A stretch of 64,000 nucleotides of DNA from Anolis carolinensis. Lineage: Eukaryota. The stretch is from contig NC_085841.1 in NCBI RefSeq assembly GCF_035594765.1, positions 55,907,636-55,971,635 of the forward strand. Direction: 5' to 3'. The stretch's first letter is position 1; every line of letters begins with the position of its first letter. The position numbers were made by a program, and so were the translations under genes. This document shows, piece after piece, positions 36,817 to 50,058 of this stretch. A model generated the notes under the pieces. It ran no database searches and was not told where the DNA came from. It was given only the letters and a program-made list of their open reading frames with translations.

Positions 36817-37950
36817 AGGAATCCAAATCCCTGCTTTTTAACCACTGTACTAACATAAGTAAGCTCCTATTTTATTTGGGTAGGTATTTGTGAGGTTGGG
36901 TTGAGCTTTTTATGCTGCAGGAGAAAGACTTCCTCTATACATTAGAATTAGTGTGGAAAGGAAGCCATTATTGCTTGAATATTGCAAGCTGATCCACACA
37001 CACAAGTGGATAACCACAAGATGACAGGAACTGCCTGGAGCTTTCTTGAGAGACCTTCAACCTCTCGCTAAAATAGGCAAAATGCTCTTCCTGCTAGAAT
37101 GTACAAAATTCTAATTGCCCAATTCCCTTCTCTAAAGGTGAGAAAGGTACAAAAAGGAGTGACTGTTGAATTAGTCAGCTGGAATACCTTTTCTGGCAAG
37201 AAAGGCTAAAGGGGGAATTGCCAAAATGCTCTTTAGCAAAAGGCGGTAGTAGAGGCAACACAGTAGTGGTTTGAATGCTGAACTAGGCCTCCGGGAGAGG
37301 AAGATTTGAATTATGCCATGGAAGCCTGGGAAGTAATCCTGAGCAAGTCACATTATCTCAGCCTCAGAGGAAGACAATGGCAAACCCCCAGGGGAAAACA
37401 TTATGAGAGAGCTGCCACAAGTTTGTTGTTTTGAACAACAGTGAGACCAGATATTTCTCTTTCTTGCAGTGTTACAACTCAATATGAGACTAATTGGAAG
37501 TAAGCTCAGGTACTGGGGTGTTGTTGGTGTATTTAAGGGGGGAAATTCTACATAAAACTTTTTATTATGTTACACACTTCATTGCCGGAAGATAGTTTTT
37601 TTTCTTTGAAGTTTAATGAGATTAATACAGAACATGTGGTTTGTTAAAAACTTTGTAGTCCTTGAACTAAGCAGAGCAGTGGTTGGAAATTCTTGGCTGA
37701 CCAGATAGCATTGGACTCCCATCATCAGGAACCAATAAAAATGAATATTCATGGGTGAGTAGAAGACCAAGAACATCTGCAGAGTCACAGGTTCCACAAT
37801 TCTGAAACTGATTATCTTCTTCCAAGGCAATATTAAGTACTCATGATGAGTTTTCACACCTACACAAGTTACAATACTGTAATTCCCCCTGAACTGCCAT
37901 GGCTGCATCCTCTGGAATCTTGTGGTTTGTCATTTGGTGAAGCACTAGAA

Positions 37951-38085
37951 CAGTGGTTCTCAGCCTGGGGTCCCTAGATGTTTTTGGCCTTCAACTCCCA
38001 GAAATCCTAACAGCTGGTAAACTGGCTGGGATTTCTGGGAGTTGTAGGCCAAAAACATCTGGGGACTCCAGGTTGAGAACCACTG
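37951..38085. mobile_element. hAT MITE (same family as 2620-2753)
   Basis: CAGTGGTTCTCA...TGAGAACCACTG; TSD cactagaa/cactagag. Confidence 0.88.
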
Positions 38086-40721
38086 CACTAGAGCTCTCTG
38101 ACTGAAAGTTCTAGATGAGCCTTCCTCAGCAGAAAGTCTAGAGTTCAACTAGAGCCATTGCCATTCAAATGGAAATGCCACAGATATCTTATGGGGAGAG
38201 GGAAGTTCTTCAAAACAGAATGCTAGATTAGATGTGAAATTTAATGTGAGCAGGTTTGCATAATATATAATGCAACAATAGAGGTACAGAGTGTATTTCA
38301 AAGGAAGGACATCTCCTTGTTGCTCTCGGGGCCATGGCATCGTGATCATCACACTCTTTAAAGGGTAAATAGCACCACTCAGTTGTATACTGTTTGGGAA
38401 GCAACCAGTGTTCACCTGGCTCACAGAAGACCATCTGTTCATTGATTGTTCAGATGCATTACATAACAATGCTAACAAAAACTGGCCAGCAGGTTTCCAT
38501 TTCTATACACATGACTGCTACTCACTCACTCAGAAAACCACAGATTGGCTGCACAGCAGTGATTCAGAACTGACTTCCGAATTTTGGCACGTAAAAGGAT
38601 CTTTGTTTGATCATTCATGCCCCTTATTCTGGATTATATCCATGATCAGGTGGGATCATGGATACAATAAGATAATTGGAATGGGTGGACCTTGGATCTG
38701 ATCTATCAGCATTCATCTTAGGTATTGTTGCTATGGAAATATTGATAAAATTCAGTTGGATCCATTAGCAGGTAGATCTCAATTGAAAGGGCTAATGCAA
38801 AGACTACTGGCAGGAAATGAGGAGGAGCAATTTTCACACATTTCCTCTCTAAAACATCAGTGCTGAAGGGGGTCCCTGAAACCTGAAAAGAAGGCATTGG
38901 GAAAACATACGGGACTGGAGAGGAGCAGTGTGATCAGATAGTATTGTCTCAGTGTATAACCAGATAATCCTCCTTTTGGAAGCATTTCCAAAGGGGTGAT
39001 TATAGTTATGTGATTTTAAGTCAATACCATTCTATAGGGACCCTATTTTAGAGTTTTCTTCATCAGACTTATAGACGAGTTTTGTCATTGCTTTGCTTTA
39101 AGACTGAAAATGCTTGACTTTCCCAAGGTGGAGTGATGGGCTTCCATAGCTAAGCAAGGGCTTGAATCCTAGTATCCTGGAGCCCTAGTTCAACTTGTCA
39201 GCCATTTCTTTTCTAAAATAACTGTTGTTGTATATCTTCTAGTAGTTTCTAAGTTTTGGCAACACAAAGGCCAACTTATCACAGCACGATTCTTAGCACG
39301 ATTTGTTTGGCAGGGGTTGCCTTTGCCTTCCTCTGAAACTGAAAGAGTGTGACTTGCCCATCATCACTCAATGGGTTTCCATGGCTGAATGAGGATTCGA
39401 ACCCTGGTATCCAAAGTCCAATATTTAAACCACTACACCACACTAGTTTCCATCCCAAAATGATAGCCGTGCTTATTTTTTGCAAGAAAAAACAGAGTCA
39501 TGTTACACCTAAACACATTTATTATAGATTGCAATTTTTCAGACTACAGCTTCCTTCCATGGGTGGCTTCTGTTGGATCCAACCTATTGTGTTTATCCTC
39601 TTTTAATAGAAGTGATCACAATGACAAGCCACAAAAGTGCAGAGGGTTAGAGATGCATTACTATTATTGTCTGCTTCCTGTTTGAACACGGGCGCCGTGA
39701 GCAGCGGCAGGCGTGTGCCATGTCGTACGCCACGGTATATAACTTTTAATTTTCCAGGATCAGCAGTTCTCAAGACAAGTAGGCAGGCTGGCTTTGTTCT
39801 TCATTGGTCCTTTAATTAACACACTGTTAGATGTCCCTGCCGAACTGCATCTGCTGTGTTAGGGATCGTCAGACTGTGTGCAACGGTATGCCTACCCTGG
39901 GAGATCAGGCATATGAGGCTCAAAGGGAGGCGGGCAACAGATTGGCCCACATGCTTGTAAATTCCAATTTGCAGCCCACCGCCTTGTTACAGGCCAGGAA
40001 GCTGAGGAGCGGCAACATCTTGGTGTCTGTTACCCTCCAAAGTTTGCTGACAAGGAACAGTAAGGATGCGTGACACCAATTCAAACATGGTCAATGAGGC
40101 AATATTTCACAGCTGGCTGGTGGAGCGGCACGTTCCACAAAAGACCATTTAAATATCAGATGGTTGCCACCATTCAGAAAAGACAAATGCTTACGGGCAA
40201 GTGCAGCAGCTGTCTGTTTACCAAAAAAGCAAAAAGGGAAGGAAGACAGGTAGTAAAATATAGAAATGCAGCTACACTTCCTAGACACTAGCTGGTATAA
40301 AACTGAGTCGCAGGGGAGCTATGTAGCTATGTGGCATAGTGAACTAGGATTTCTTTGGCTGAAAAAAGCTGGGATCATTTGACACCTGTTCAGCTTACCA
40401 GGGGAACCATGACAAGAGCTACATCCAATGTCTCTGGCCAGGAGCACTTTCACTTGTCACTTTATTTAACCTTCTGCAGGGCTGTGATAATGCCTTCAAT
40501 GAGGCCCAGACAGAACCATCTTTTATAATGTGGCAGCTGCCTGAAGCTGCCTCTGGATGGAGTCTTCTCTAACACCTGGTCATTGCCTCTCGCACCATTT
40601 GCAGTGTTCACATATCTGTGGAAACTCTAGCCACAAAATACAACTTGCAGACATGGAGGTTTATTCCACATGCACGCGAAAATCTGTGACGTACATGTTG
40701 GTGGCAATAAACCAAAGGTGT

Positions 40722-41142
40722 TAACCATGAAAATGAACAAAATCTGGCTACCAGTATTTAAAAAAACTCTAAAATCAGGACAGTAAATAAAGAACAACAC
40801 TCAGGGGAGGGGAATTCTAGACAGGACCAGCTAACACCTCCCAACAAAGGATTCCCCCAGATAGAAAGCAGACAGGCTTTGAAGCTGCAAGGCCTTTTAG
40901 TGCCAATCGCAGCATTTACACTTGCCTCGAACAGACAAGAGTTCTTTCTCCCACCCTGGACATTCCACAGGTATATAAACCTCACTTGCCTAGTTTCCAA
41001 CAGACTTCGTAACCTCTGAGGGTGCCTGCCATAGATGTGGGCAAAACATCAGGAGAGAATGCTTCTGAAATATGGCCATACAGCCCTGAAAACTCACAGC
41101 AACCCAGTGATTCTGGCCATGAAAGCCTTCGACAACACATTG
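40722..41142 (+). mobile_element. Penelope 3' end / pLTR
   Basis: Same terminal repeat as 26196-26640, ending GAAAGCCTTCGACAACACATT. Confidence 0.88.
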
Positions 41143-41489
41143 AAGCTACATTTGTTCCTACAATTAGTCATATAAAACCAACTCCATAATAACAGTTCCC
41201 TACCCCCATCTACCCCAAATCTGAAAGTCTATAGGAATTGGGCGTGAATACCAATGGGAATCAGTTGTTCTAGTTGCCATTGGCAATATTAGCTTGTAGT
41301 GAAATATTATTGTATCAACTTTTGGTTTTCTCTCTCATTTCCTACCCTTTCTGTGATTTATTTGTCACACAAAGTAAATGTTTTCATCACCTTTGATCTC
41401 CTTTAGAAAGCATGAAGTACTGTGTTGGTGATAGTGCATTGTGCCACAGACAAACAACACTAATCAGCCAATTAATTTCTCCGTAACCA

Positions 41490-41840
41490 TGGCCTAGGGA
41501 GCTGAGTAGGTTTGGCCTAGAGAAGCCTGAGAAGTGATATGAGAACCACATTTGAATATTTGAAAATCTGATGGGGGATGCTTATTTTCAACTTGCTGGA
41601 GACTAGGGTATGAACTAACAGATTGAAATTACTGGATAAAATATTGCATCCAAACATTAGCAAGAACTTCCTGATGATAGAAGATCTTCCACAATCAAAT
41701 GGACTTCCTTCAGTGGGCGATGGACTCTCTTGAAGATCTTTGAGAAGTTGGATAACTATCTTCCAGTAATGTCCGAGCATGGCAGGGACTTGGACTAGAT
41801 AGCCTTAGGATCCCTTTCTAAATCTACTATTTTATGATCA
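41490..41840 (+). mobile_element. Old CR1 3' fragment
   Basis: Decayed AACATTAGCAAGAACTTCCTGA...TTGGACTAGAT...CTACTATTTTATGAT. Confidence 0.7.
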
Positions 41841-41859
41841 TCTGGTTTAGGGAGACAGC

Positions 41860-42146
41860 CAGGGCCATAGCCAGAAAATTTTTTTGGGAGGGGTTTTGAA
41901 AATTTCGGGGGGGGGGGGAGTTGAACCCCTAGCACACACAACACCCCCCCCCCCTGCTACAAACCTGTCAATATCTGCTTGAGATAGTGCCTGGAGGGAC
42001 TCTTAATGTTTTGCGTCTCATAGACTTAGCATGGGGATTTGGTTAACCAGTTAAAATTCATGAGTAAACCAGGTTTTTTTTATAACCTGAAAAATTTGGG
42101 GGGGGGGGTTGAACCCCTAACCACCACCCCCCTCACTACAGGCCTG
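41860..42146. mobile_element. hAT MITE with G/C-run subterminal repeats
   Basis: CAGGGCC...GGCCTG termini; perfect 8-bp TSD gagacagc. Confidence 0.85.
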
Positions 42147-44077
42147 GAGACAGCAATAGGAGAAGTATATCAACAAACCTTTTCTATGAATGCCTATGAG
42201 TTTTAGAATGCATCCATGATATAATAGGATGAAATGGAAAGCATTCTCCATAACTGTCAATAATATTCTGGCATTGGTGGAAGAGATATGATAATGAATG
42301 CCCCCTCTACCCTTCCACCCAGCCCCTACATATGTTTCACAATATCTTCTTTTCCGAACTCGTCAAGAGGTAAAAAGTGATGTGATGGGTAGTGGGAAAT
42401 ATTGCCTGTGATATCAATGGGCTGGTGAATCTTCTCTGGGAGTTAGTCTAAAATTTAAAGGGGCGATCCAAGGTGCATATTTTAGAAACAGATTTCATCA
42501 CATAGGATAGTTTCTTTAAACTTTGGGCTAAACATTTAAGCAGATTCATGGAACCACTGACAGGGAAACCACCCATTTCCCTGGTGGGAAGGATTTCGGT
42601 GGAGAAGGAGAGGGCATAGATCCATTGGACCCAGAGTCCTTTTGGGCAACTTGTGAATTTAGTTGTGCCTTGAAACATTACCAACGTAACTTTCCCAAAG
42701 CTTTCAGTGTTCTTCAGAATAAAATATTAAAAATTATTTCTGCAAAAGGGACAAAAGATGTGAAAATGGACTCTCATGATAACTGCACCCTCCCAGGTCT
42801 TTGCAGGGAACAAAACTTCTGCTATTGGAGTGTCTCACCTTTGTGCCTTTCTTGCCCTAAAGGCAGTTATAAAACTAATCTCCTGATTTTTTAGCCTCTG
42901 CCAAATCCAATCCTAGCAAAACCAAAAAGACATGGGAAGTCTATCTTTATTAATATCATATCCAAAGTATCACAGGTTAGCATTCATCACATAGCTGTGT
43001 AATTACCATTGTTGCAATTTACCCAATTAGAAAATGGTTGAAGCTATAGAATGGCTAAAAACATTTACCTATTTGTCAGGTTGGGACAAGAAGGATTTCC
43101 ATCCCAAAGGAAAATTCCGTAAAGTGATTGCATGGAATAGGAGTGCCCCCTACTGGTATGACTGTGGAATGCATTACATTATTGGCTCAACAATTCATTA
43201 GGAGTTTGCATTCCAAATCGAAATCTTTCCCAAAGGAATCTAAGACAACAAAAACACTTTTCAGTAGATAATAACCGAATTGACTCAGTGCTGTAGCAAA
43301 GTGATTTGTACAATAGTCTCTTTGAAAGTGTACAACAAAAATATGCTATTAAGGGCGGAATATTTAAGTGTTTTGCAGTTTCAAAATTCACACAAGTACT
43401 TCTAGGTAAAAGAAACAAAATGAACTGATTAAGCTGTGTTTTTCTGTTGTGACATGGCCACAATAGAGCCAGCCTGGTGCAATGATTTGAGGATAATGAT
43501 TCTGGAAATAAGGATTGAAATCCCCCTCAGACATGAAAACTTACTGAGAAAGCTTGAGCAAGTCACACTTTCTCAGCTTCAGAGAAAGCCAAAGGTAAAA
43601 GCCCTTTGGAATAAATCTGGCTAAGAAAATTCTATGGTAGGTTCACAATAAGTAGGAAATAATTCGAAGGCACACAACAACAACAACAATAACAACAACA
43701 AAATTATCTTAACAACAAAAGTGGTCTGACTAGGTATATTATCACTGTGCTGCTCAAGCAGAAATTTCATGTTTTCATTAAAGAATGCAACAAATATATT
43801 ACCAATTCTGAGTTCAGTCTAAAGATGTCTTTGGTCTAATTTATTTTGTACATAACTTTGATTAGAAAAAGGCCAGATTCAGATGCTAACTACTATTGTG
43901 TTCCATCTATAACTTCTGAATGTCTCTTTGCAAAACTGTGTTTATTGTTTTTTTGACTATATAAAGTGAAACACATCTTACTAATGAACCTCTTCAGGAA
44001 ATGTATGCTACCCCAGTCTGTGCTAGACCTCCTGCCCCAGTCCTAGCCCTGCAACCTCCCCCTCACCAGTAAGGTCA

Positions 44078-46790
44078 GGTTGCTTACCTGTAACCATGTT
44101 TCTTTGAGTGTACTCTGTGAATTCACACTAATGGAGAAGGCTGCGCCTGCACAGGCTCCAACGGAAACTCTTCCAAGCTAAAGTTTGAATTTTGGCGGTA
44201 ACCACACCCCTCTCCCCGCAGGGCATATATGGCACCCCTGGGCATCTGTGAATGCACATGAATGGAGACTACCAAGCTGAGGTCCAGGATGGTGGGACAG
44301 AGCAAACCCGACAATGGGTTGAATGTCCAAACCCAATATTTATTTGGTAAAAAAGGAAATAAGGCACAATGCAGAACAAGGTCAAAACATTGACCCAGTG
44401 CATACAACGCAAGGCATGACTGTGTGAAAATGCATTTCCCCGCATCATGGCCACCGGTATGGGCAGGAGATAAGTGCAATTAGAAATAAAAATATCTCCA
44501 ACAGGAGAAACAAGGCGTAACCCATCCCTAAAATAGGACAAAAAGGTAAACGGATAACTTACATTGCAGTAGGGGGACAGAAGAAGAGCGATATAAGTAA
44601 TGCTTCAATACAGTATAAACACATAAACATCGAAAAGTGGCATAGAAACAAAACATTTCAAACAAATAATAACACTTGGTGAGGTTTCTCTTTCTTTCTA
44701 CCCCCCTCCCTTTTTTTTTGAGAAGGTAAGTCCCCCGTAAGGGGAACAAGGCCCCTTAAGACAGGCAGGAAGACAAGAACGATCTGGCGAAATCCAAGTC
44801 CTTTTGGGCCTAAGAGTCCATTCTATAGTGGGAGACAAATGTTAAGGGGTTTGACTAGATCGCTGCCCTGCATATAGAGTCGAGAGGGATGCCCCTGAGA
44901 AAGGTAGTCGAGTTAGAGAGGCCCCTCATCGATCTTGGGCGGACCAACGGAGGAGGGCGCTTAGCCAGCTGGTAAGCAAGTTCAATGGCTTGCACAATCC
45001 AGTGAGAGAGCCTCTGGGAGGAAACTGGGTTACCCAGTTTGTCCGGGGCATAAGTGACAAAGAGTCTCGGCGTCTTGCGCGTTGCTCTAATCCTATCCCT
45101 ATAAAAAAGAAGAGCTCTCCTAACATCTAGTAGGTGAAGTCTCCGTTCCAGTGGAGACGAAGGGTTAGGAAAGAAAGCCAAGAGCACAATGTCTTAGTTA
45201 AGGTGAAAAGTAGAGACCACCTTAGGAAGAAAGGTGATGTCCGGACGGAGGATGGCCTGATCGTGATGGAAGCGAAGATAAGGTTCGTCCACTCTAAGAG
45301 CCGCCAGTTCAGAGGGCCTACAGGCCGAAGTAACTGCAACCAAGAAAGCTACCTTCCATGAAAGCAAGTCAGGTCTTCTGAGGCTAGCGATTCGAAAGGG
45401 GAGGACGTGAGTTGGGACAACACGAGCTCAAGGCTCCAACAGGGTGTCGGTGGCTGCGCTGGTGGGCAGAGGTTATTGTAGCCCCTCAAAAAGGTTTTTA
45501 TGAGATAGTCTGCAAACAGGGAAGGCTGGCCATGTCCAAGACAGGGCAGCCAGATAGGATTTCATAGAGGCCAGAGACAGCTTTTGCTTTGCGAGGGTAA
45601 AGAGGAAGTCCAGAACCACCGGTATCTGGGTTGGGAAAGAGTCGATGTTTCGGGACCAAAGAAAGGTACAAAATCGAGAGATCTTGTAGGTGTAGGCCTT
45701 GGTCGTAGCAGGCTTGTGGGCTGCGTGGAGAACCGCCTGGAGGTTTGGATGGAGGGAGCTCAGGCGAGAATCCTCCATGCAGTGAGATGGAGAGAAGAGA
45801 TGTCCAGGTGAAGAATTTGCCCGTTCTGCCTGGTCAAGAGGTGAAGGAGAGACGGAAGAGAGCGAAAAGTCCCCCTGGAGAGATGAGCAAGAGCCGGATA
45901 CCACGGTTGGCACGGCCAAGCTGGAGCTATTAGGATCGCCGTAGCTGAGGCAAGGCAGAGCCTCTCCAACACCTTTGGTATCAGAGGGAACGGAGCGAAC
46001 AGGTAGAGAGGTTCCATCGACCAGTCCAGAAGAAAGGCATCCCCGAGGCACCTGGGAAATGAAGCCGGAGAAAGTCTCGCTCCGTATCGAGGTAGCTGCG
46101 CGTTTTGAGGAGAAGCGAAGAGGTCTAGGGTCGGCCATCCCCAGTCATGAAAGAGAGAGTGGAGAGTGTCGGGGTCGAGCTGCCACTCGTGGGAGGAGCT
46201 CGTCATCCTGCTCAGAGCGTTGGCTAGGCCGTTTTGGAGGCTTGGGAGGTAGAGTGCCACTATAGAGACGTTGTGGGCTATGCACCATTGCCAGATCTGG
46301 AGAGAAAAGAGACATCAGCTTTCTTGAACCCGTGCCACCCTGTTTGTTGATGTAGAACATCGCCACTGTGTTGTCTGTTTGAATCTGGACAGTCTTGTGA
46401 AGTATCAAGCGGGCAAAAGCTTTCAGGGCCTTGAAAATGGTGAGGAGTTCTAGAAAATTTATGTGGTGGCCCCTCTCGAAGGGAGACCAGAGGTCTTGAA
46501 TTGTGAGGCCATCCATGTGAGCTCCCCAGGCGTAGTTCGATGAGTCGGTGGTTATGGTGACCGACGGGAGAGCACGGTGGAATGGTAGTCCTTTGCAGAC
46601 ATTGGCTCGAGACTTCCACCAGAGAAGGGACCGGTGGACGTGAGCTGGTATCAAGAGGAACCTCGAACTGGAGTGGCGGAATGGCTTGAAAATGTCTATG
46701 AACAACCTTTGTAGGGGTCTGAGGCGCAGTCTGGCAAAGGGGGTGACCAGAACTGTGGACGCCATGTGACCGAGAAGAACCTGGATGGTG
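44078..46790 (-). mobile_element. DIRS1-like tyrosine-recombinase retrotransposon, 5'-truncated, decayed
   Basis: RNase H (ITTDSS, HINFLEL, QTDN, YINKQGGT), methyltransferase-like domain (DLFAS, DAF, APAWPCQPWYP), overlapping YR ORF (LDVRRAL, RLFV, RSMR, FVSHYR); repeated terminal/ICR-like motif at 44115-44137 and 44246-44268. Confidence 0.93.
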
Positions 46791-47686
46791 CTCTGAGCGA
46801 CTTACAATTTAAAATATCATTCCACAATATAAAAACATTCAACATAAAAACATTCAACAGTGACTATATGGCAAATTAGATCTGATTTACTTAAATGCAC
46901 AACCTTTTAACTTTTAGTAATCAATGCTTTTGTAGTCAGTGTTTTAAATTCATTGTGATATTTTGGTGGTAAATTTGTAAATACAATACTTACTACATAG
47001 CATTACTGCGCATGAAACTACTTTTTCTGTCAAATTTTTGCATAAAATGATGTTTTGGTGCTTAATTTGTATAATGATTACCTAATTTGATGTTTAATCG
47101 GCTTTTCCTGAATCCCTTCTTATTATCCAACATATTCACTTATCCAACGTTCTGCCGGTCTGTTTATGTTGGATAAGTGAGACTCTACTGTATATTGATA
47201 ATCTTATATTATCTGCTTAGAACTGGTTTATATGAGGCCCCTTCTTCACAGCTGTATAAAATGCACATTGAAGTGGATTATATGGCAGTGTGGAGTCAAG
47301 ATAATCCAGTGCAAAGCAGATAATATAAGATTATAAATGGGTTATATAACTGTGTGGAAGGGCCTTGAGTCTACACTGCCATATAATCCAGTGCAAATTA
47401 GATAATCTGTGGAAAGGCCTAAGTGAGGCCTAACTCTGCCTGTCTCCTGGGCTGAGTGGGTTGCTAGGAGACCAAGTGGGTGGAGCTTAGCCTTCTAACT
47501 GGCAGCAATTGGGTAAAAACAATTATTCCTCTCCCTCTAATTAGGACTTTATTTTTCTTTTCTTTTTGTTGTATCAACCTAGAGGTGTGGATGATGGGTT
47601 GTGTTGTCAAATTTCGAGGTTGTGGGGCCTGTAGTTTTGTTGTTTTGTCGGTCGCCGGGATTCCATCACTCTTTTATATATATAGA
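46791..47686 (-). mobile_element. Non-autonomous Helitron, 5' part, with MITE-derived internal segments
   Basis: Minus strand starts A|TCTATATATATAAAAG, a typical Helitron 5' TC end; contains a mariner MITE half (about 46900-47190) and Harbinger-like pieces; no CTAG 3' end seen. Confidence 0.65.
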
Positions 47687-48244
47687 TATACAAAATATTT
47701 TGGAGAAGTAGCGACTTTCTATATATTGGTATGACAACGAGGCCCCTAAAAATTAGAATGTATAAACACCGCTCCCGTATTAAGAATGGAAATACTGACA
47801 CCACCGTATACACACACTTTAGGGAGAAAACACCTTGAAGTCATTGTTTCAAATTTTGTGCTTTGGAAAAATTACACACCAAACCTCATTTAGATATGAA
47901 GAAACTACTTTCTGAATCTTTAAATTCCAAACTCTGGTTCCTCAGGGCCTTAACAACAAATTTGATTTCACTTGTTAGCTTTAACATGTACTTAAGGTCG
48001 ACTAGGATTATGAGCAATTGCTCACCATAGAATACCCTACAGCAGAGTCAGTGATTGCCTAATGAAATGTAAGTCATGAGAACATTATTTTGTATTCAGT
48101 TATGTATTGATTTAATGTTAATATAGCCCAAAAATTGGGGTGCTTTTGTATATCTATTTTATGTATGTTGTTGTTCTTTTTATACATGTAAATATAGTGC
48201 CAGAGATTTATCTTCTACTGGAATACTAAGCTATATCTAAAGGT

Positions 48245-48351
48245 ACAGAGAAGAATCAACTCCCTGAAGAAGGTGTTCCAAACACCGAAACAAGGAATGC
48301 AAACCGAGATACCTTGTTGTTACGTTGGTCACCGTGTAGAACTTTTCTCTG
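48245..48351 (+). ncRNA. Type I hammerhead ribozyme-like motif
   Basis: CTGAAGA 48264-70; stem II GGTGTT/AACACC; GAAA 48287-90; stem III CAAGG/CCTTG; GUU triplet 48316-18; interrupted stem I. Confidence 0.55.
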
Positions 48352-48593
48352 ACACAACCACAATCTCGGATGCCACATATGGTCCTTCAAAATACCTATA
48401 AGTGACCTTTTAAATCACTATGAACCAAGAAATATTTTAGAAATAGACCTCGCAAGTACCATTTTGCAGACAGCTCAAACAGCACATTAACAAACAGCCA
48501 AGTGTGCTGAGGAAATACCAGGAAATTAATAGTGTACTAGCAAACAGGGTTGTAGAAATAATAATAATAATAAAAATAATAATAATAAATAAA

Positions 48594-48695
48594 ATCTGCG
48601 CGCATCATCCGAAAATACATCAAACAGTCTTAGACGCTTGGGAAGTGTTCGACTTGTGATTTTGTGATACGAAATCCGGCATATGGATATTGCTT
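48594..48695 (+). mobile_element. R4/Dong-clade LINE 3' fragment after (TAA)n
   Basis: SARIIRKYIKQS* then GGGAAGTGTTCGACTTGTGATTTTGTGATACGAAATCC. Confidence 0.7.
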
Positions 48696-49407
48696 GGCCA
48701 CATGCCCTCTGTTTCAGATGAAAATGTTGCAGTGATAAACTTGGTGTTTCATATCATTGCCATTGTCCATTTAACATTCTCCTGTCGCAATTCCTTCGGG
48801 GCAATTCAGTATGGATTTCATACATGACTTCGCATATATTTGGGTTCCTGGAAGACATTTCAGAGTCTTCGTCACAAGAAACCTAGCTATAACTGCAGGT
48901 GTGTATCTGAGAGAATGAAAGGCTTCCCCAAGAACAATCTCTCTAATCGTCACTCATTTCTCATGAGTCAACCTCTTTAAACATTGCTTTGTCACAGGGA
49001 ATTGCCAAAAGAATATGAAGAAATGTTCACTGTCATGGAAATTTCAAAACAGAGAATGGTATAGAGATATCCCAGAAATGAGAGATGTCTTGAGAATAGC
49101 AATTTTTTGCACAGCTAATAATGTCTGAGACTGTTTCACACAGGCCAAGTAAAGTAGGCTAAACTTCCAGGATGAAATAGTAGTGAACACTGTGGGAATA
49201 ACCTGAGTCTTCTATGGCATAACCCCAAACTGTGTTAGTCTGCATCCGCATAAAGCACCTTTGGGACTGAGAGGAAGACATTTCTAGCATAAGCTTTTGT
49301 GGATTTTACTCCATTTCATCAGGCACATATAAAATTTTGGTTCCTATTGGTTGACAGGCATTTTTTCTCCACCTTTCAGAGAATGTGACTACTATTATAC
49401 CTCCTTT

Positions 49408-49638
49408 ATGTTGTCAAAGGCTTTCATGTCCAGAATCACTGGGTTGTTGTGAGTCTTCCGGGCTGCATGGCCATGTTCTAGAAGCATTATCTCCTGAAGT
49501 TTTTATTAATTTATTTAATTTATATACCACTATTCTCCCCCAGGGGGACCCATAATCCTCTGAAGATGTGGGCAAAACGTCAGGAGAGAATGCTTCTAGA
49601 ACATGGCCATACAGCCCGGAAGACTCACAACAACCCAG
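49408..49638. mobile_element. Two inverted Penelope pLTR tips
   Basis: 49408-49500(-) and about 49555-49638(+) match the pLTR. Confidence 0.75.
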
Positions 49639-50058
49639 TATACCCCCTTTTCTTACAATAACTTGTAATACATCAACACCGTAGAATTAATGCATTTTGA
49701 CACCACTTTACCTATCATGTTTTAATGCTATGGAATAATGGGAATTGTGGTTTTACAAAACCTCTAGCTTTTTCTACCAAAAAGTACTGGTGTGTTACCA
49801 AACTATACCTTCCATGACTCCAGGCATATAGCTGCGGGGGGGGGGGGGGGGGGCTTGAGGGGCTTCAAAATCCTGGCTTCGGGCCTGCATGACTCCATAG
49901 CATTAAGTCATGACAATTAAAGTGTTCTCACAGTGTAGATGTCCCCTTGGGGCTTGGTTTAGCAACAGCACTGAATAGGGGTTATTTATTTATTTTGTTT
50001 TCATGTCTTTTATTTCAGTCTCATACATGCATGTATTTTGCCTCCGGGCATGAGGAAA

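Noticed and set aside
45760-46260. Host or horizontally acquired DNA adenine methyltransferase
   Set aside because: It is the standard MT-like domain of DIRS1 elements, overlapping the YR ORF.
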